From contig NC_090385.1 in the NCBI RefSeq assembly GCF_036365525.1, forward strand, positions 11,913,658 through 11,977,657: DNA of 64,000 nt. The letters run 5' to 3'. The notes beneath the pieces are model-generated. The model did not search any database. It was not told the DNA's origin and saw only the letters and a list, made by a program, of their open reading frames with translations. The position numbers were made by a program, and so were the translations under genes. Positions 49,780 through 63,690 of the stretch are shown in pieces; positions within the stretch are counted from its first letter, which is position 1; each line of letters starts with the position of its first letter. The stretch comes from Heterodontus francisci (taxonomy: Eukaryota).

Positions 49780-52060
49780 GCAGGAGTAGACCATATCACC
49801 CATCGAGTCAGCTCTGCCATTCAGTACGATCATGGCTGACCTTAGGATTCAACTTCACTTTCCCACCTGCTCGCCATATCCCTTGATTTTCTGAGACACC
49901 AAAAATCTGTCTGTCCCAGCTTTAAATCTATTCAACGATGGAGCATCCAAAACCCTCTGGGGTAGGGAATTCCAAAGATTCACCACCTTTTGAGTGAAGT
50001 AATTTCTCCTCATCTCAGTCCTAAATGGTCAGGCCCTTAACCTGAAACTTGTGCCCGTGTTTTATATTCCCCAACCAGCAGATTAATCTGTGTCTACCCT
50101 ATTCAGCCCCTTTAGAATCTTATGTTTCAATGAAATCACCTCTCATTCTTCTAAACTCCAGAGAATACAGGCCCAATTTATTTAGCTTCTCATCTTAAGA
50201 AAACCTCCTCATCCCAGAGACCAATCTAATGAACCTTTGCTGCACTACCTCCAATGCAATATCTTCTCTTAAATGTGGAGACCAAAACACACAGTATTCC
50301 AGATGTTGTCTCACCAAAACCCTGTACAATTGTAGCAATACTTCCTTATTCCTGTACTCCAATCCCCTTGCAATAAAGGACAACATGCCATTTGCCTTCC
50401 TAATTGCTTGCTGTACAAGCATGTTAACTTTCTGCATTCCTTGTATAAGCACACCCAAATTTCTTTGAACATTAACACTTACAAACTTCACACTTTAAAA
50501 AAAAAATTCTACTTTTCTATTCTTACCAGAGTGCATCTGCCATCTTGTTGCTCACTCACTTAATTTGTCTGTATCTCTTTGCAGCCTCTCTGTATCCTCC
50601 CCACAGCTTACCTTTCCACCTACCTTTGTATCATCAGCAAACGTAGATACATTACTCTCTGTATCTTCATCTAAGTTATAGATTGTAAATAGCTGAGGCC
50701 CCAGCACGGATCCTTGCTGCACCCCACTATTTACTGCCTGCCAACTTGAAAATGCCCTGTTTATGCTTCCTGTCTGTTAAACAATCATGTACCCACAATC
50801 CACAAGCCCTTACCTTGCCAATTAACCTTTTGCGGGGCATCTTATGGAGTGCCATTTAGAAATCCAGGTATACAACAAAGGTTCCCCTTTATCTACTCTA
50901 CTAGTTATATAATCTAAAACTTCTAAGACATTTGTCAAACACGATTTCCCTTTAGTAAAACCACATTGACTTGTTCTAATCATACTATTCTTTTCTAAGT
51001 GCATTGTTAAGACTTCCTTAATAATAGATTCCAGCATTTTCCCAACGACTGATGTTAGGCTAACTGGCCTGGAGTTCATGGTTTTCTCTCTCTCCCTCCT
51101 TTCTTGAAAAGTGGTGTAACATTTGCCAACTTCCAATCTGATGGGACCCGAATCCAAGGAATTTTGGAAAATCGTTGCTCATGCATTTACTATCTCTGCA
51201 GCTACCTCTTTTAGAATCCTAGGCTGCAGGCCATCAGGTCCTGAAGATGTGTCAGATTTTAGTCCCTTAAGTTTCTCCAATACATTTTCTCTGCGGATAT
51301 GAATTTCCTTAATGTCCTCTCTTTAGCCCCGAGGTTACTATTTCTGGTATGGAACTTGTGTCTTCTACGGTGAAGACAGACAAAATATTTGTTCAATGCC
51401 TTTGCCATTTCTTCATACTCCATGAAAATTTCTCCTGTCTCTGCTTCTAAAGGGACCAACATTTACTTTAGCTACTCTCTTCCTTTTGATATACCTATAA
51501 AAGCTCTTACAATCTGTTTATATTGCTGGCTAGTTTACTTACATTCTATTTTTTCCTTTATCAACTTTTTGGTGGCCGTTGGTTGGTTTCTAAAACACTC
51601 CCAATCCTCAGACTTGCTACGCTTTTTTTTTTCCAAATTATTAAGCCTGTTCTTTAAATCGAATAGTATGAGTGGGCCACAAATGGGTCTTTCTGGCTAA
51701 GGTTTTGTGTTTCAAAAGGATTATATTTTTGTTAAACATTTTGAATTGTTTCTTTAAAGGTTTCCCACTGTTAATTTACCAGCATACCTTTTAGTCTAAT
51801 TACCTGATTTACCTTAGCCAGTTCTTCCCTCATGCCTACGTAATTGGCTTTGTTTAAGTTTAAGATTCTTGTTTGTGATTGGAGCAAGTCACTTTCAAAC
51901 TTAACATGGAATTCAATGGTATTATGAATCACTGTTTTACTGTGACATTGCTAATTAACCCTGCTTCATTACACAATACTAGATCTAAGATAGCTTTATC
52001 CCTAGTTTGTTCCACAATGTATTGCTCCTAGAAAATGTCCCAAAAATCTTTCCACAAACT
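49780..52060 (-). mobile_element. Decayed CR1 LINE (RT half)
   Basis: ORFs with RPVSLTSVVGKMLESII, KGKSCLTN and KANGMLSFIARGLEY..KEVLLQLYRVLVR.HLEYC. Confidence 0.88.
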
Positions 52061-52869
52061 CTAGGCCACCCCTACCTTTTTGCTTCTCAACTCCAATCCT
52101 GTCCTTGCCCCTTCATTATGATCCTTTTTCCAACATTACAATGTCTTCCTTAATCAGTACTGCCACCCTGCCTTTTTTCCCCTTCCCTATCTTGTCTGAA
52201 CACTATATCCTTGAATATTAGGTGCCCAGTCCTTGCCATTTTTAAATCATGGTTCCGTTATTGCCACAACATCTATTCCCACACAGCTATTTGTGCAGCA
52301 CCTGATCCTTCAATTAGGCACTCGCCAGCCTTGCGGACTGAACATTGAGTTCAATAACTTCAGAGCATGACTGGTCTTTTTTGTATTTTATATATATTTT
52401 TTTTAAATTTTATTTTTTGTCACCTGTTTTTAATGCTGCTCATTATTCTGCTGTTAACAATCTCTCTGGACTAATGCTTTGTCAGTAGCTCAGGCAGCAT
52501 CTGCTGAGAGATAAGCAGAGTTAACATTACAGCCCTGTGACCTTTCATCAGAGCTGACAAAGGTTAGAAAAGAATTAGGTTTTAAGCAAGTGAAGGGGTG
52601 GTGTGGGGGCGGAGTGCGGGTGGTGAGGAAGAGAACAAAAAGGAAAAAAGGTTTGAGATAGGGCAGAGGGCAGGAGAATAAATAACAAAGCTGTCCTGGG
52701 ACAAAGGCAAAGAGTGTGTTGATGCTGGTGGTGAAAGACAAGCATTAGTCCAGAGAGAGTATTAATGGCAGAACAAGCAGCTCTGTCCACAAGAAAAACA
52801 GGCACATGGTTAAAAAATACAAGCAAAGAAAAAAAATTTTTTTTTTTTTTTTTTTAAATTAAAAGGCCA

Positions 52870-55800
52870 GTCATCAAGCCACTGTCTCCAGGACTGTCAC
52901 TGACTTAATTGCATCTGGAGATCTTCCCTCTACAGCTTCCAAACTCAGTCCCGCAACCCTGGACAACCTGCATCTACCTCCTTCCCAAAATCCACAAATG
53001 AGACGGTCCTGGCAGACCCATCGTTTCAGACTGTTCCTGCCCCACTGAACTTACTTCTTCCTACCTTGACTTTGTCTTTTCTCCCCTGGTCCAGTCTCTT
53101 CCCACCTACATCCGTGACTCTTATGACACCCTACGTCATTTTGACTCTTTCCAGTTTCCCGGTCCTAATCGCCTCATCTACATAACCTCTCTACACCTCC
53201 ATCCCCCACCAGGACAGTCTGAAGGCTCTCTGCTACTTCCTTGAACAGAAGCCCAACCAACCACCACCCTCCTCCGCCTGGCTGAACCTGTTCTTACATT
53301 GAACAATTTCTCCTTCAACTCCACTCACTTCCTTCAAATAAAAGATGTTGCAGGAGTCCTAGTTATGCTTGACTTTTTATAGGATATTTCAAACATTCCT
53401 TGTTCCAGTCCTACTCAGGCCCCCTCCCCCAACTCTTTTTCCAGTACATTGATGACTATCGATGCTGCTTCCTGCTTTTGTCCTGAACTGGAAAACTTCA
53501 TCAACTTTGCTCCTAATTTCCACACTTCTCTCAACTCACATGGTCTATCTCCGACACGTCCCTTCCACAACTTCTCTGTCTGCATCTCTGGGGATAGGCT
53601 GTTCACTAATATTCATCATAAGCCCGCCAAATTGTACAGCTACCTCGACTACACTTTAGTTTAGTTTAGAGATACAGCACTGAAACTTCCTCACACCCTG
53701 CCTCCTGTCAGGACTGCATCCCATTCTCTCAGTTTCTCCATCTCCAAGGCAAATGTCCTGATGATGCAACTTTCCACAACAGCACTTCTGACAATGTCTT
53801 CCTTTTTCTGCAACCGAGGATTTTTGCCCACTGTGGTTGACAGGGCCTTCAATAGTGTCCAACCTATTTTCCACACTTCTGCCTTCACCCCTTCTCTCCC
53901 TCCCAGAACTGAGACAGGGTGCCCCCTGTCCTCACTTTCCACCCCACCACCTCCAAAGGATCATCCTCCGCCATCTCCAATGTGATGCCACCAAACACAT
54001 CTTCCCTTCCCTGGTTACCATTCTGAAGGAATTGTTCCCTCAGTGATAGCCTGGTCCACTCTTCCATCACCCCTGACACCTTGTCCCTTTCCCACAGCAC
54101 CTTTCCATGCAATCACAGGAGGTGTAATACCTGCCCTTTTACATCCTCTCTCCTCACCATCCAAGGCCCCAAATACTCCTTCCAGGTGAAGCAGCAATTT
54201 ACTTGTACTTTCTTCAATTTAGTGTACTTTTCTTCTTTAATTAATTCATGGGATGTGGGCATCATGGGCTAGGACAGCATTTATTGCCCATCCCCAATTG
54301 CCCTTGAGAAGGTAGTGAGCCACCTTCTTGACCTGCTGCAGTCCATGTGGTGTAGGGTACACCCACAGTGCTGTTAGGAAGGGAGTTCTAGGATTTTGAC
54401 CCAGCGACAGTGAAGGAATGGCGATGTAGTTCCAAGTCAGGATGGTGTGTAACTTGGAGGGGAACTTGCAGATGGTGGTGTTCCCATACATTTTCTGCCC
54501 TCGTCCTTCTAGGTGGTAGAGGATGCGGGTTTGGAAGGTGCTGTCTAAGGAGCCTTGGTGCGTTGCTGTAGTGTCTTGTAGATGGTACACACTGCTGCCA
54601 CTGTGCATCGGTGGTGGAGGGAGTGATTGTTTGTGGATGGGGTGCCAATCAAGTGGGCTGCTTTGTCCTGGATGGCGTTGAGCTTCTTGTGTTGTTGGAG
54701 CTGCACCCATCCGGGCAAGTGGAGAATATTCCATCACACTCCTGACTTGTGCCTTTAGATGGTGGACAGACTTTGGGGGAGACAGGTGGTGAGTTACTCT
54801 TCACAGGACTCCTAGCCTGGTAGCCACAGTATTTATATGGCACTCCAGTTCAGTTTCTTGTCAATGGCAAGCCCCAGGATGTTGACAGTGGGGGATTCAG
54901 CAAGGGTAATGCCATTGAATGTCAAGGAGAGATGGTTAGTTTCTCTCTTGTTTGAGATAGTCATTGCCTGGCACTTGTGTGGCACGAATGTTACTTACCA
55001 CTTATCAGCCCAAGCCTGGATATTGTCCGGGCTGCATTTCTACACGAACTGCTTCAGTATTGGAGTCATCGCGAATTGTGCAGTCATCTGCAAACATCCT
55101 CACTTCTGACCTTATGATTTAAGGAAGGTCATTGATGAAGCAGCTGAGGATGGTTGGGCCTAGGGCACTGCCCTGAGGAACTCCTGCAGTGATGTCCTGG
55201 AGCTGAGATGAATGACCTCCAACAAACACAACCATCTTCCTTTGCGCTCGGTATGACTCCAACCAGCAAATTGTTTTCCCCGATTCCCATTGTCTCCAGT
55301 TTTGCTCGGGCTCCTTGTATGCCATACTGGGTGAAATGCTGCCTTGATGTCAAGGGCAGTCACTCGCACCTCACCTCTTGAGTTCAGCTCTTTTGTCCAT
55401 GTTTGAACTAAGGCTGTAATGAGGTCAGGAGCTGAGTGGCCCTGGCGGAACCCAAACTGAGAGTCACTGAACAGGTTATTGATATGCAAGTTCCGCTTGA
55501 TGGCACTGATGACATCACATTACTGATGATTGAGAATAGACTGATGGGGAGGTAATTGGCCAGGTTGAATTTGTCCTGCTTTGTGTACAGGGCATACCTG
55601 GCCAATTTTCCACATTGCTGGGTAGATGCCAATGTTGTAGCTGTACTGAAACAGCTTGGCTAGGGCGCTGCAAGTTCTGGAGCACAGGTCTTCAGTGTTG
55701 TCAGGGCCCATAGTCTCTGCAGTATCCAGTGCCTTCAGCCATTTCTTGATATCATGTAGAGTGAATCATATTCGCTGAAGACGGACATCTGTAATGCTGG

Positions 55801-57680
55801 GGACTTTAGGAGGAGGTTGAGATGGATCACCCACTTGGCACTTCTGGCTGAAGATTGTTGCAAATGCTTCAGCCTTATCTTCTGCACTGATGTGCTGGGC
55901 TCCCCCATCATTGAAGGTGGGGATATTTGGGGAGCCTCCTCCAGTTAGTTGTTTAATTGACTCCCACCATTCACTACTGGATGTGGCAGGACTGCAGAGC
56001 TTAGATCTGATCTGTTGGTAGTGGGATTGCTTAGCTCTGTCTATCACATGCTGCTTATGCTGTTTGGCATTCAAGTAGTCCTGGGTTGTAGCTTTACCAG
56101 GTTGACACCTCATTGAGGGATGCCTGGTGCTGCTCCTGGCATGGCCTCCTGCACTCTTCATTGCACCAGGGTTGATCCCCCAGCTTGATGAGCATGAGGT
56201 TACAGATTGTGGTTGAATACAATTCTGCTGCTGATGACCCACAGCGCCTCATGGATGCCTAGTTGAGTTGCTAGATCTGTTCAAAGTCCATCCCATTTAG
56301 CAGGGTGATAGCGCTGCACAACACGATGGAGGGTATCCTCAATGTGAAGACAGAACGTCATCTCTACAAGGATTGTGCGATGGTCACTCCTACCAATACT
56401 GCCATGGACAGATGCATCTGCAACAGGCAAATTGGGGAGGACAAAGGTCAAGTCTGTTTTTCCCTCACCACCTGCCGCAGACACAGGCTAGCAGCTATGT
56501 CCTTTATGACTCAGCCAGCTTGGTCAGTAATGGTGCTACGAGCCACTCTTGAAGTCTGCACCCTTGCCACCTTCTGTGCTTCCTCCAAGTGGTGTTCAAC
56601 ATGGAGTACTGACTCATCATCTGAGCAGGGGGTTTGTGAGGGAGGGGGTGGTAGGTTGTAGGTGATATTCTTCAGGAGGTTTCCTTGTCCATGTTTGACC
56701 TGATGCCATGAGACTTCATGGGGGCCGGATTCAATGTTGAGGACTCCCAGGGCAACTCCCTTCTGACTGTACCACTGTGCCGCCACCTCTGCTGGTGGTG
56801 TCCTGCTGGTGGGATAGGACATACCCAGGGATGGTGATGGCAGTGCCTGGGACATTGTCTGCAAGATATGATTCTGCGAGTATAACTATGTCAGGCTTGA
56901 CTAACCTGTGGGACAGCTCTCCCAACTTTGGCACAAGCCCCCAGATGTTAGTAAGGAGGACTTTGCAGGGTCGAAAGGGCTGGGTTTGCCATGGTCATTT
57001 CCGGTGCCTAAGTGCCCACTACAAGGCAGTCTCCTCTACATTTGGGAGACCAAATGCAGATTGGGTGACCGGTTTGCGGAACACCTCCGCTCAGTCAGAA
57101 AGCATATCCCCGAGCTTCTGGTTGCTGGCCATTCCAATACACCCCCTCTGCTCTCATGCCCACATTTCTGACCATGGCCTGCTGCAGTGTTCCAGGGAAC
57201 ATCAACGCAAGCTCGAGGAGCAGCACCTCCTGTTTCGATTAGGCACTGTACAGTCTTGTGATCTCAACCTTGAGTTCAACAATTTCAGGCATGACTGGCT
57301 TTTTTTTTGCATAATTTTTTTTTAATTATTTTTTTTTTTTATAAATGTGCCTGTTTTGTCATCTAGACATAGCTTTTCATTACTCTACTAGTAACTATCT
57401 CTCTGGACTAATGCTTTGTCTTTCACCACAAGCATTAACAGTCTTTGCCTTTGTCCCACGACAGCTTTGTTATTCAATCTCTCCTGCCCTCTGCCCTATT
57501 ACACACTTTCCCCTTTTGTTCTCTTCCTCACCAACCCCTCCACCACTTCACTTGCCTAAAAACTAATTCTTATCTAGCCTTTGCCAGTTTGATGAAAGGT
57601 CACAGACCTGAAACATTAACCATTTCTCTCTCCACAGATGCTGCCTGACCTGCTGAGTATTTCCAGCACTATTTTTGTTA
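52870..57680 (+). mobile_element. Penelope-like element (RT, GIY-YIG, pLTR) interrupted by a LINE
   Basis: LPKIHK and FQYIDD RT fragments at 52970-53460; GIY-YIG LLYI.ETK.RLGDRFAEHLRSVRK resumes near 57030; pLTR at 57380-57680. Confidence 0.8.
54236..57010 (-). mobile_element. Long CR1/L2-superclade LINE copy (APE and RT), decayed
   Basis: APE motifs (KPDIVILAESYL, IGRSDH) and RT motifs (QFGFRQGHSA, VTALDIKAAF, GVPQGSALGP..F..FINDLP). Confidence 0.85.
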
Positions 57681-57979
57681 CGTAGATTTCCTTTATCAAG
57701 CTTTTTGTCATTAGTACATGAGCTACAATAATGCAGCCCGTCTTCACAACAAAGCAAGGAAGCAGGGTTATGGCATCATCAGGAATTTTCCTGTTTCCAG
57801 ACTTGATTGAGGTTCATCAACATTCTCAATATTTATGGCCTTGGGGCACCCCAAAGTTCTTTGCAGTCAATGAAGTACTTTTTGAAGAGTCATTACTGTA
57901 ATGTAGAAAGTGTGGTGGCCAACTTGCTGATAGCAATCTCTCCCAAAGAGCAATGAGATAAATTACCAGATAACCAGAT

Positions 57980-58660
57980 GGGCGGAGTATTGGTAAATGG
58001 AATTTAATCCTGAGAATTGTGAGGTGATGCATTTTGGGAGAACTAACCAGGCAAGGGAATATACAATGGATGGTAGGACTCTACGAAGTACAGAGGGACC
58101 TTGGTGTACTTGTCCATAGATCACAGAAGGCAGCAGCACAGGCTGATAAAGTGGTTAGAAGGCATATGGGATAATTGCCTTTATTAGCCGAGGCATAGAA
58201 TACAAGAGTACGGAGGTTATTATGGGGCTGTATAAAACACTAGTTAGGCCACAGCTGGAGTATTGTGTACAGTTCTGGTCTCCACACTATAGGAAGGATG
58301 TATTGCACTGGAGGGTGCAGAGGAGATTCACCAGGATGTTGCCTGGGCTGGAGCATTTCAGCTATGAAAAAAAAGAGACTGAAAAGGCTAGGGTTGTTTC
58401 CCTTAGAGCAGAGAAGGCTGGGGTGGGGGGGGCGAAAAGGAGGTGCTGATTAAAGGTATACAAAATTATGAGGGGCATTGATAGGTTTAATAGGAAGAAA
58501 CTTTTTCCCTTAGTGGAGGGGTCAATAATCAGGGGGCATAGATTTAAAAGGTAAGGGGCAGGAGGTTTAGAGGGAATTTGAGGAAACATTTTTTCATCCA
58601 GAGGGCGGTTGGAATCTGGAACGCACTGCCTGAAGAGGTGATAGAGGCAGGCACCCTCAA
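57980..58660 (+). mobile_element. CR1 LINE 3' fragment
   Basis: [25 protein letters not shown]...RVQRRFTRMLPGL. Confidence 0.85.
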
Positions 58661-58729
58661 CAGACAATGTAATCATTTAGCTTCTCAGCCATTTCTCTAT
58701 TCCCCATTACAAATTCTCCTGACTACTTG

Positions 58730-60348
58730 TAATGGACCCACATTTGTCTTGAACAGACTGTAAAAGCGTCTATAGGTACACAAAAAGGAAACGTCTGGCT
58801 AGGTTTCTTGCTGGCTTACATTCATATTCTATTCTCCCTTTATCAGTTTCTTGGTCCTCCTTTTTCTGTAATCTAAAATCCTCCCAATCCTCAGGTTACT
58901 ACTATTTCTGGCAACTTATAGGCCTTTTCTTTTATCCTTATACAATCCTTAACTTCTCTGGTTAGCCACAGTTGACTGCCGTGACTTTGAGGTTTTTGTG
59001 CCTTGAAAGAATGTATAGTTGCTGTAAACTATGTAAGAATTATTTGAAGACTATGTTCTCTATGCACTGTCTTACCTTTTCATGTATTTTCCCAATTCTC
59101 AGCCAGTTTGCCCTTCATATCTTCATAATTTCCTTTGTTCAAATTAACACCCTGGCTTCAGATTGAACTACCTCATTTTCCTACGTAATGTAAATTCTAC
59201 ATATTATGGTCACTCATCCCTAAAGGTTCATTTACAACAAGATTATTAATTAGCCCTTTCTCATTTCATAATACTACATCTAAAATAGCCTGTTCTCTAG
59301 TCATTTCCTCACCATACTAATCTAGAAAACTATCCCTAACACTCCAGAAACTCGTCCTCCATACCATTAGTGCTCATTAGGTTTACCCAGTCTATGTGCA
59401 GATTGAAATCACCCATAATTACTCTATTACCTATGCTACAGGCTTCTCTAATCGCCTGATTAATACCATACCCCACACTACCACTACTGGTTGGTGGCCT
59501 ATAAACAACTCCTACCAATGTTTGCTTCCCCTTGCTGTTTCTTCAAGCCATCCAAACATATTCCTCATTTTGTTCTTCAGACCCAAGATCCTCCCTTACT
59601 AATGTACTGATCCCATCCCTTATCAGTGCAACACCACCTCCTTTTAGTCATAGAGTCATACAGCAAAGAAACAGGCCCTTCGGCCCATCGTGTCTGTGCT
59701 GCCCATCAAGCACCTAACTATTCTAATCCCATTTTCCAGCACTTGCCCCATAGCCTTGTATGCTATGGCATTTCAAGTGCTCATCTAAATACTACTTAAA
59801 CGTTGAGAGTTCCTGACTATCACTTCCCAAATGTTGAATATCATTGATTATTCAGTTCCCAGTCTTGATCACCCAAAAGCCATGTTTCTATAATGAAAAT
59901 TAGATCATACCCATTTACCTTTATTTGTGCCACTAAATCATCTACCTTGTTGCGAACACTGCGTGCATTCAGATAGAGTGCCTTTAACCTTGTCTTCTTG
60001 ACATTATTGTACAATCTAACCCTAGTTGGTGCTTGCCTTCGTTTCGCCTGCCTTCTAATGTTGCTTGCTACTTTTCTACCTCCTGTTACCAGCTTTACTT
60101 CCTTCCAATTTGAGCTACCCCTCAGGTTCCCATCCTCCTGACAAGCTAGTTTAAACCTTCCCCAATAGCACTAGCAAATCTCCCTGCAAGGATATTAATT
60201 CCACTCCTATTGAGGTGTAGCCTGTACATCTTGTACAGGTCCCACCTGCCCTAGAACTGGTCTCAATGTCTCCGAAATCTGATGCCCTCCCTCCTACGCC
60301 AATTCTCCAGCCACGTGTTCAATCGATCAATCCTCCTATTCCTATTCT
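58730..60348 (-). mobile_element. CR1 LINE 5' part (ORF1 end and APE), with a short inverted CR1 tail at about 59645-59815
   Basis: ORF 59336-59518 VGVVYRPP...VIMGDFNLHIDW is a CR1 endonuclease. Confidence 0.8.
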
Positions 60349-60349
60349 C

Positions 60350-63300
60350 TGAAAAGTATCACCCTGCAGAAATGCAGCTTTTATGTCAATGGATCTACAC
60401 TCCCATGAATATATGGCCAAAGAACTAAAAAGATTTTCATGATTACTTTTCTAACTGTAGGAGAGTCCACTCTAACATTGGTACCACCCAGTCGTCCTTC
60501 AAAACCCCTCTCAACTAGCCTCATTTTAGCCTTCCTTTCACAAATTCATCACCATTTCCTTGGACTCTGATTTCAGACAGTGGGCCTGAAGATACTTACA
60601 CTACATTGTCTGGCCTTCCACAATTTCACTTCCTTCTGCCAATCTATAGGTCTGATATCCTGTCCCTTGTCTCGCACATTCAGCCAATGTTTGTATTTCC
60701 TGGTGACCTTTCCTGCTCTTCCTATAATGGTGGCTTCCCTCCATTCATTAGTCCCTTCTGGCATATATGTCACTCTAGTCCCAACTTTTGTTAGTTGACC
60801 TTTGGGATAAATGGCCTTATCTTGATCTTCACTATAACTTGGTCCACTCTCAGTCAGCCCATTATCTGCCAAAATCTGTTGGTCTTAAAGGTCCGAAATA
60901 GGTGCATGCGAAGCACATGGTGGATCATCAGTATCCATCATTTACTCAGATTCTGTCAATGTATAATCAGTGCCAATAAGCTGGGAGGAATGTACTTTAA
61001 TGGTTTGGTTGCCATGTTGCAAAATCACCATTTTGCCATCAGTGCCTATAACTTTTCCTGGGCCTCTCCATTCTTGCTGCCCTTCTCTTTTGTAATACAC
61101 CATATCCCCGGTATCAAAATTCCTTTCTGATGGCCTGATCTGATACCTCAAAGCTCTCCTAATCTTTTCTGAAACCTACATGCTCTTCTTCCTGCATGCA
61201 TGGCATTCAAATGTTCCGCAAAAATTGAACTGATTGTTGTCCCCTCTAAAGCCGGGGGATGATCCCACATTACCAAAGGTATTTTTGGATTCCTGCCATA
61301 AACTAATTGATATGGGCTGTAGCCCCCAACCATTTGAAGTGTTTTTTTTCCCCACATATACTGCCCACACTAGAGCAGTCGTCAATTTACAATTTGGCTA
61401 GTTGGCTAAAATTTTCCGGAGCATTTAGTCAATCACAGCATGATTTCTCACAAATCCCATTACTGAAAGGACTTTCTGCAGCCACCTGCATTGCTACAAT
61501 ATTCATATTTTCACACATACTCCTGAACTCATCTTTGGTAAATTCTCCTCCATTGTCAGTTAGAAACTGAGCCGATGCTCCCAGACCCATTCCTATCCAC
61601 CTTTCCATTATCTTGTCCACTATTAATTTTTGTTTCTGTTATCAATGACAGACTGAATCTAGTCGCTAGGTTTATAAAGTGTAGAAGAAAAATGTTCTGT
61701 CATTATCCCATACCTTCAAGTCCATTACTACAGTTTCATTAAAGTCCCTTTCTAGTAGGAGACTCAGTGTCGCGATGTCGTCCTCCTGTATTTTTTTTAA
61801 TATAGATATCACATTTTCCACTGATATCTTCGATAAGTTTAGTGTAGTCATCATCTATTGCCCCTGCATCTTTTAACAGAATCTTCAACCTATGACAAGA
61901 TGGATGTGCAAACGGTCAATGTAGTTTTTAAATAATTTGCCTTTTCTCCTTTAAATCCCTACACCCAGATGCCATTAATACTTCTTTAACATCCTGCTTA
62001 CAGATGTTTGATCTCGCTAAAGAATACAATAATGTCCCGACTGTGTAAACCGCAAAGCTACAGATTTCCCAAAGACAATCACCTTATCATGTTCCATATC
62101 CAATTTCATCCGAGCCTTTCATAGACGATTTACTTAACAGCAAAGGTATATCACTGGAAACTACATCATACTAAAAATGGTTTACCCTTGATATTTTACA
62201 CGGAATTACCACTCTTCAGTGATTTCAACATGCTATCATCCCCAAACCTGAAACAGGCAGAACTGTCATTCTTTGACCTTACTTTGATCTTCCTTACTTA
62301 AAGAATTCATGTAACACCTTAACCAGTCCACTCCACATACTGTGGACGTACACCCACTGTCTAGTACTGTGCAGTTGAACGAATCTGCGACTAGGACACT
62401 CATTACCAGACTGAAGCTTCTCATGACCAGTACAATTTCTTCTGATTGATCAATAGCATCATCCTCGCCTTCCGAATCTTCCACATGTGTCATCTCAAAA
62501 ACCCTGTTATTCCTTTTTGGACAATGCAACGCATAGTAATACTTTGAGTCACATCGGAAACACCTGTTGACCACCCCTTGGTTATTCCTGGGGTTCATCC
62601 TTCTGCCATAATTGCTTAATTCCTGCCGTCTGTTATAGCTGCCAAAAGGGTCTCTATCCTCATTCGTTTTGTTTGTGATTCTCCTTTCGTACTGACGTTT
62701 GGGCTCCATATTTGAATAGCCTCAAAATGCTGCTAGCATTGTATCCTCCACCTTTGGTGTCATTGCTGAAGAGCCCATTTCCACCATGAAAACAGCTGGA
62801 AAGGAATGTTTTCAGGTGTCAGACATCTAATCAAAAAGCATATCTCTTTCTTTGAATGTAACTCTGGTTAATACCAAGAGCCTATCCATGTTCAATATCC
62901 TAGCACAATCCAACAGTTTGAAGGGAAGTACTGATATAGGAATGTCCAAGTAGAATTGCTGCAACCTTGCGTATAGTCAGTTAAACTCCAGAATATATTC
63001 TTCTATGGAAGAACCATCCATTTTTCTAAATTTATCAAAGTCTGACCACACCTCATAAGCACTCAATAAGTCATCTTTCATATAAATTTTATCCATAAAT
63101 TTTAAGAGATTGTCCAAACCTTCCTCATGGTCCAAATGATGAGCCTTTAGCTCGAAGAACACTTTGCACCTGATCTTGCATCTGGCAGGAAATGAAAGTG
63201 CAAGGGCTATTCCTTGCTTCCTTTTTGGTAAAAATGTAACCCATGTCCATAGATCAACTTCATTCTTCCATTGTTTATAAGATTCAGATTCACATAACAG

Positions 63301-63690
63301 TGCTGGAAAATCATAACCCAACACCTTACATCAGGTTTCAGCCATCTTTCTTCAAAGGCAAAACTCCAGTTACAGCATTCAAAAAAAAACAAAACTCCAA
63401 TTCTAATTGAAAACAAATATTAGTCTCCAATCTTCACTTTTAGGAAACCATCCCCTGGTACCAATGTTAGAGACACTTCCAAGCCTGTTTGCCACAAAGA
63501 CTAGGATGCTTTGCTGGAGACTGTTTATTGCTTATTTCTCCACTCCCAACACCCAGCCAGCATTAGCTGGCTTTTCTTTATATACACATATGAGTGCAAT
63601 TAACTAATTAACACCCAACACCTGTTCACCCTGTTAGCTTTAACTACTAGGTATTTAACTTCTATTAACAGAACTTATTAGATACTAACA
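60350..63690 (-). mobile_element. Ty1/copia LTR retrotransposon (GalEa-like), 3'-truncated and decayed
   Basis: 5' LTR 63465-63690 (TGTTAG...CTAACA); PBS 63444-63463 with 18/20 complementarity to the tRNA-iMet 3' end; gag with zinc knuckle CFRCDSKYYYALHC; protease LDSGCTSTVCG; integrase FLTDNGGEF...AESPFSNGICE; then RT IDIKAAFLQG (60361-60390). INT before RT is the copia order. Confidence 0.88.
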
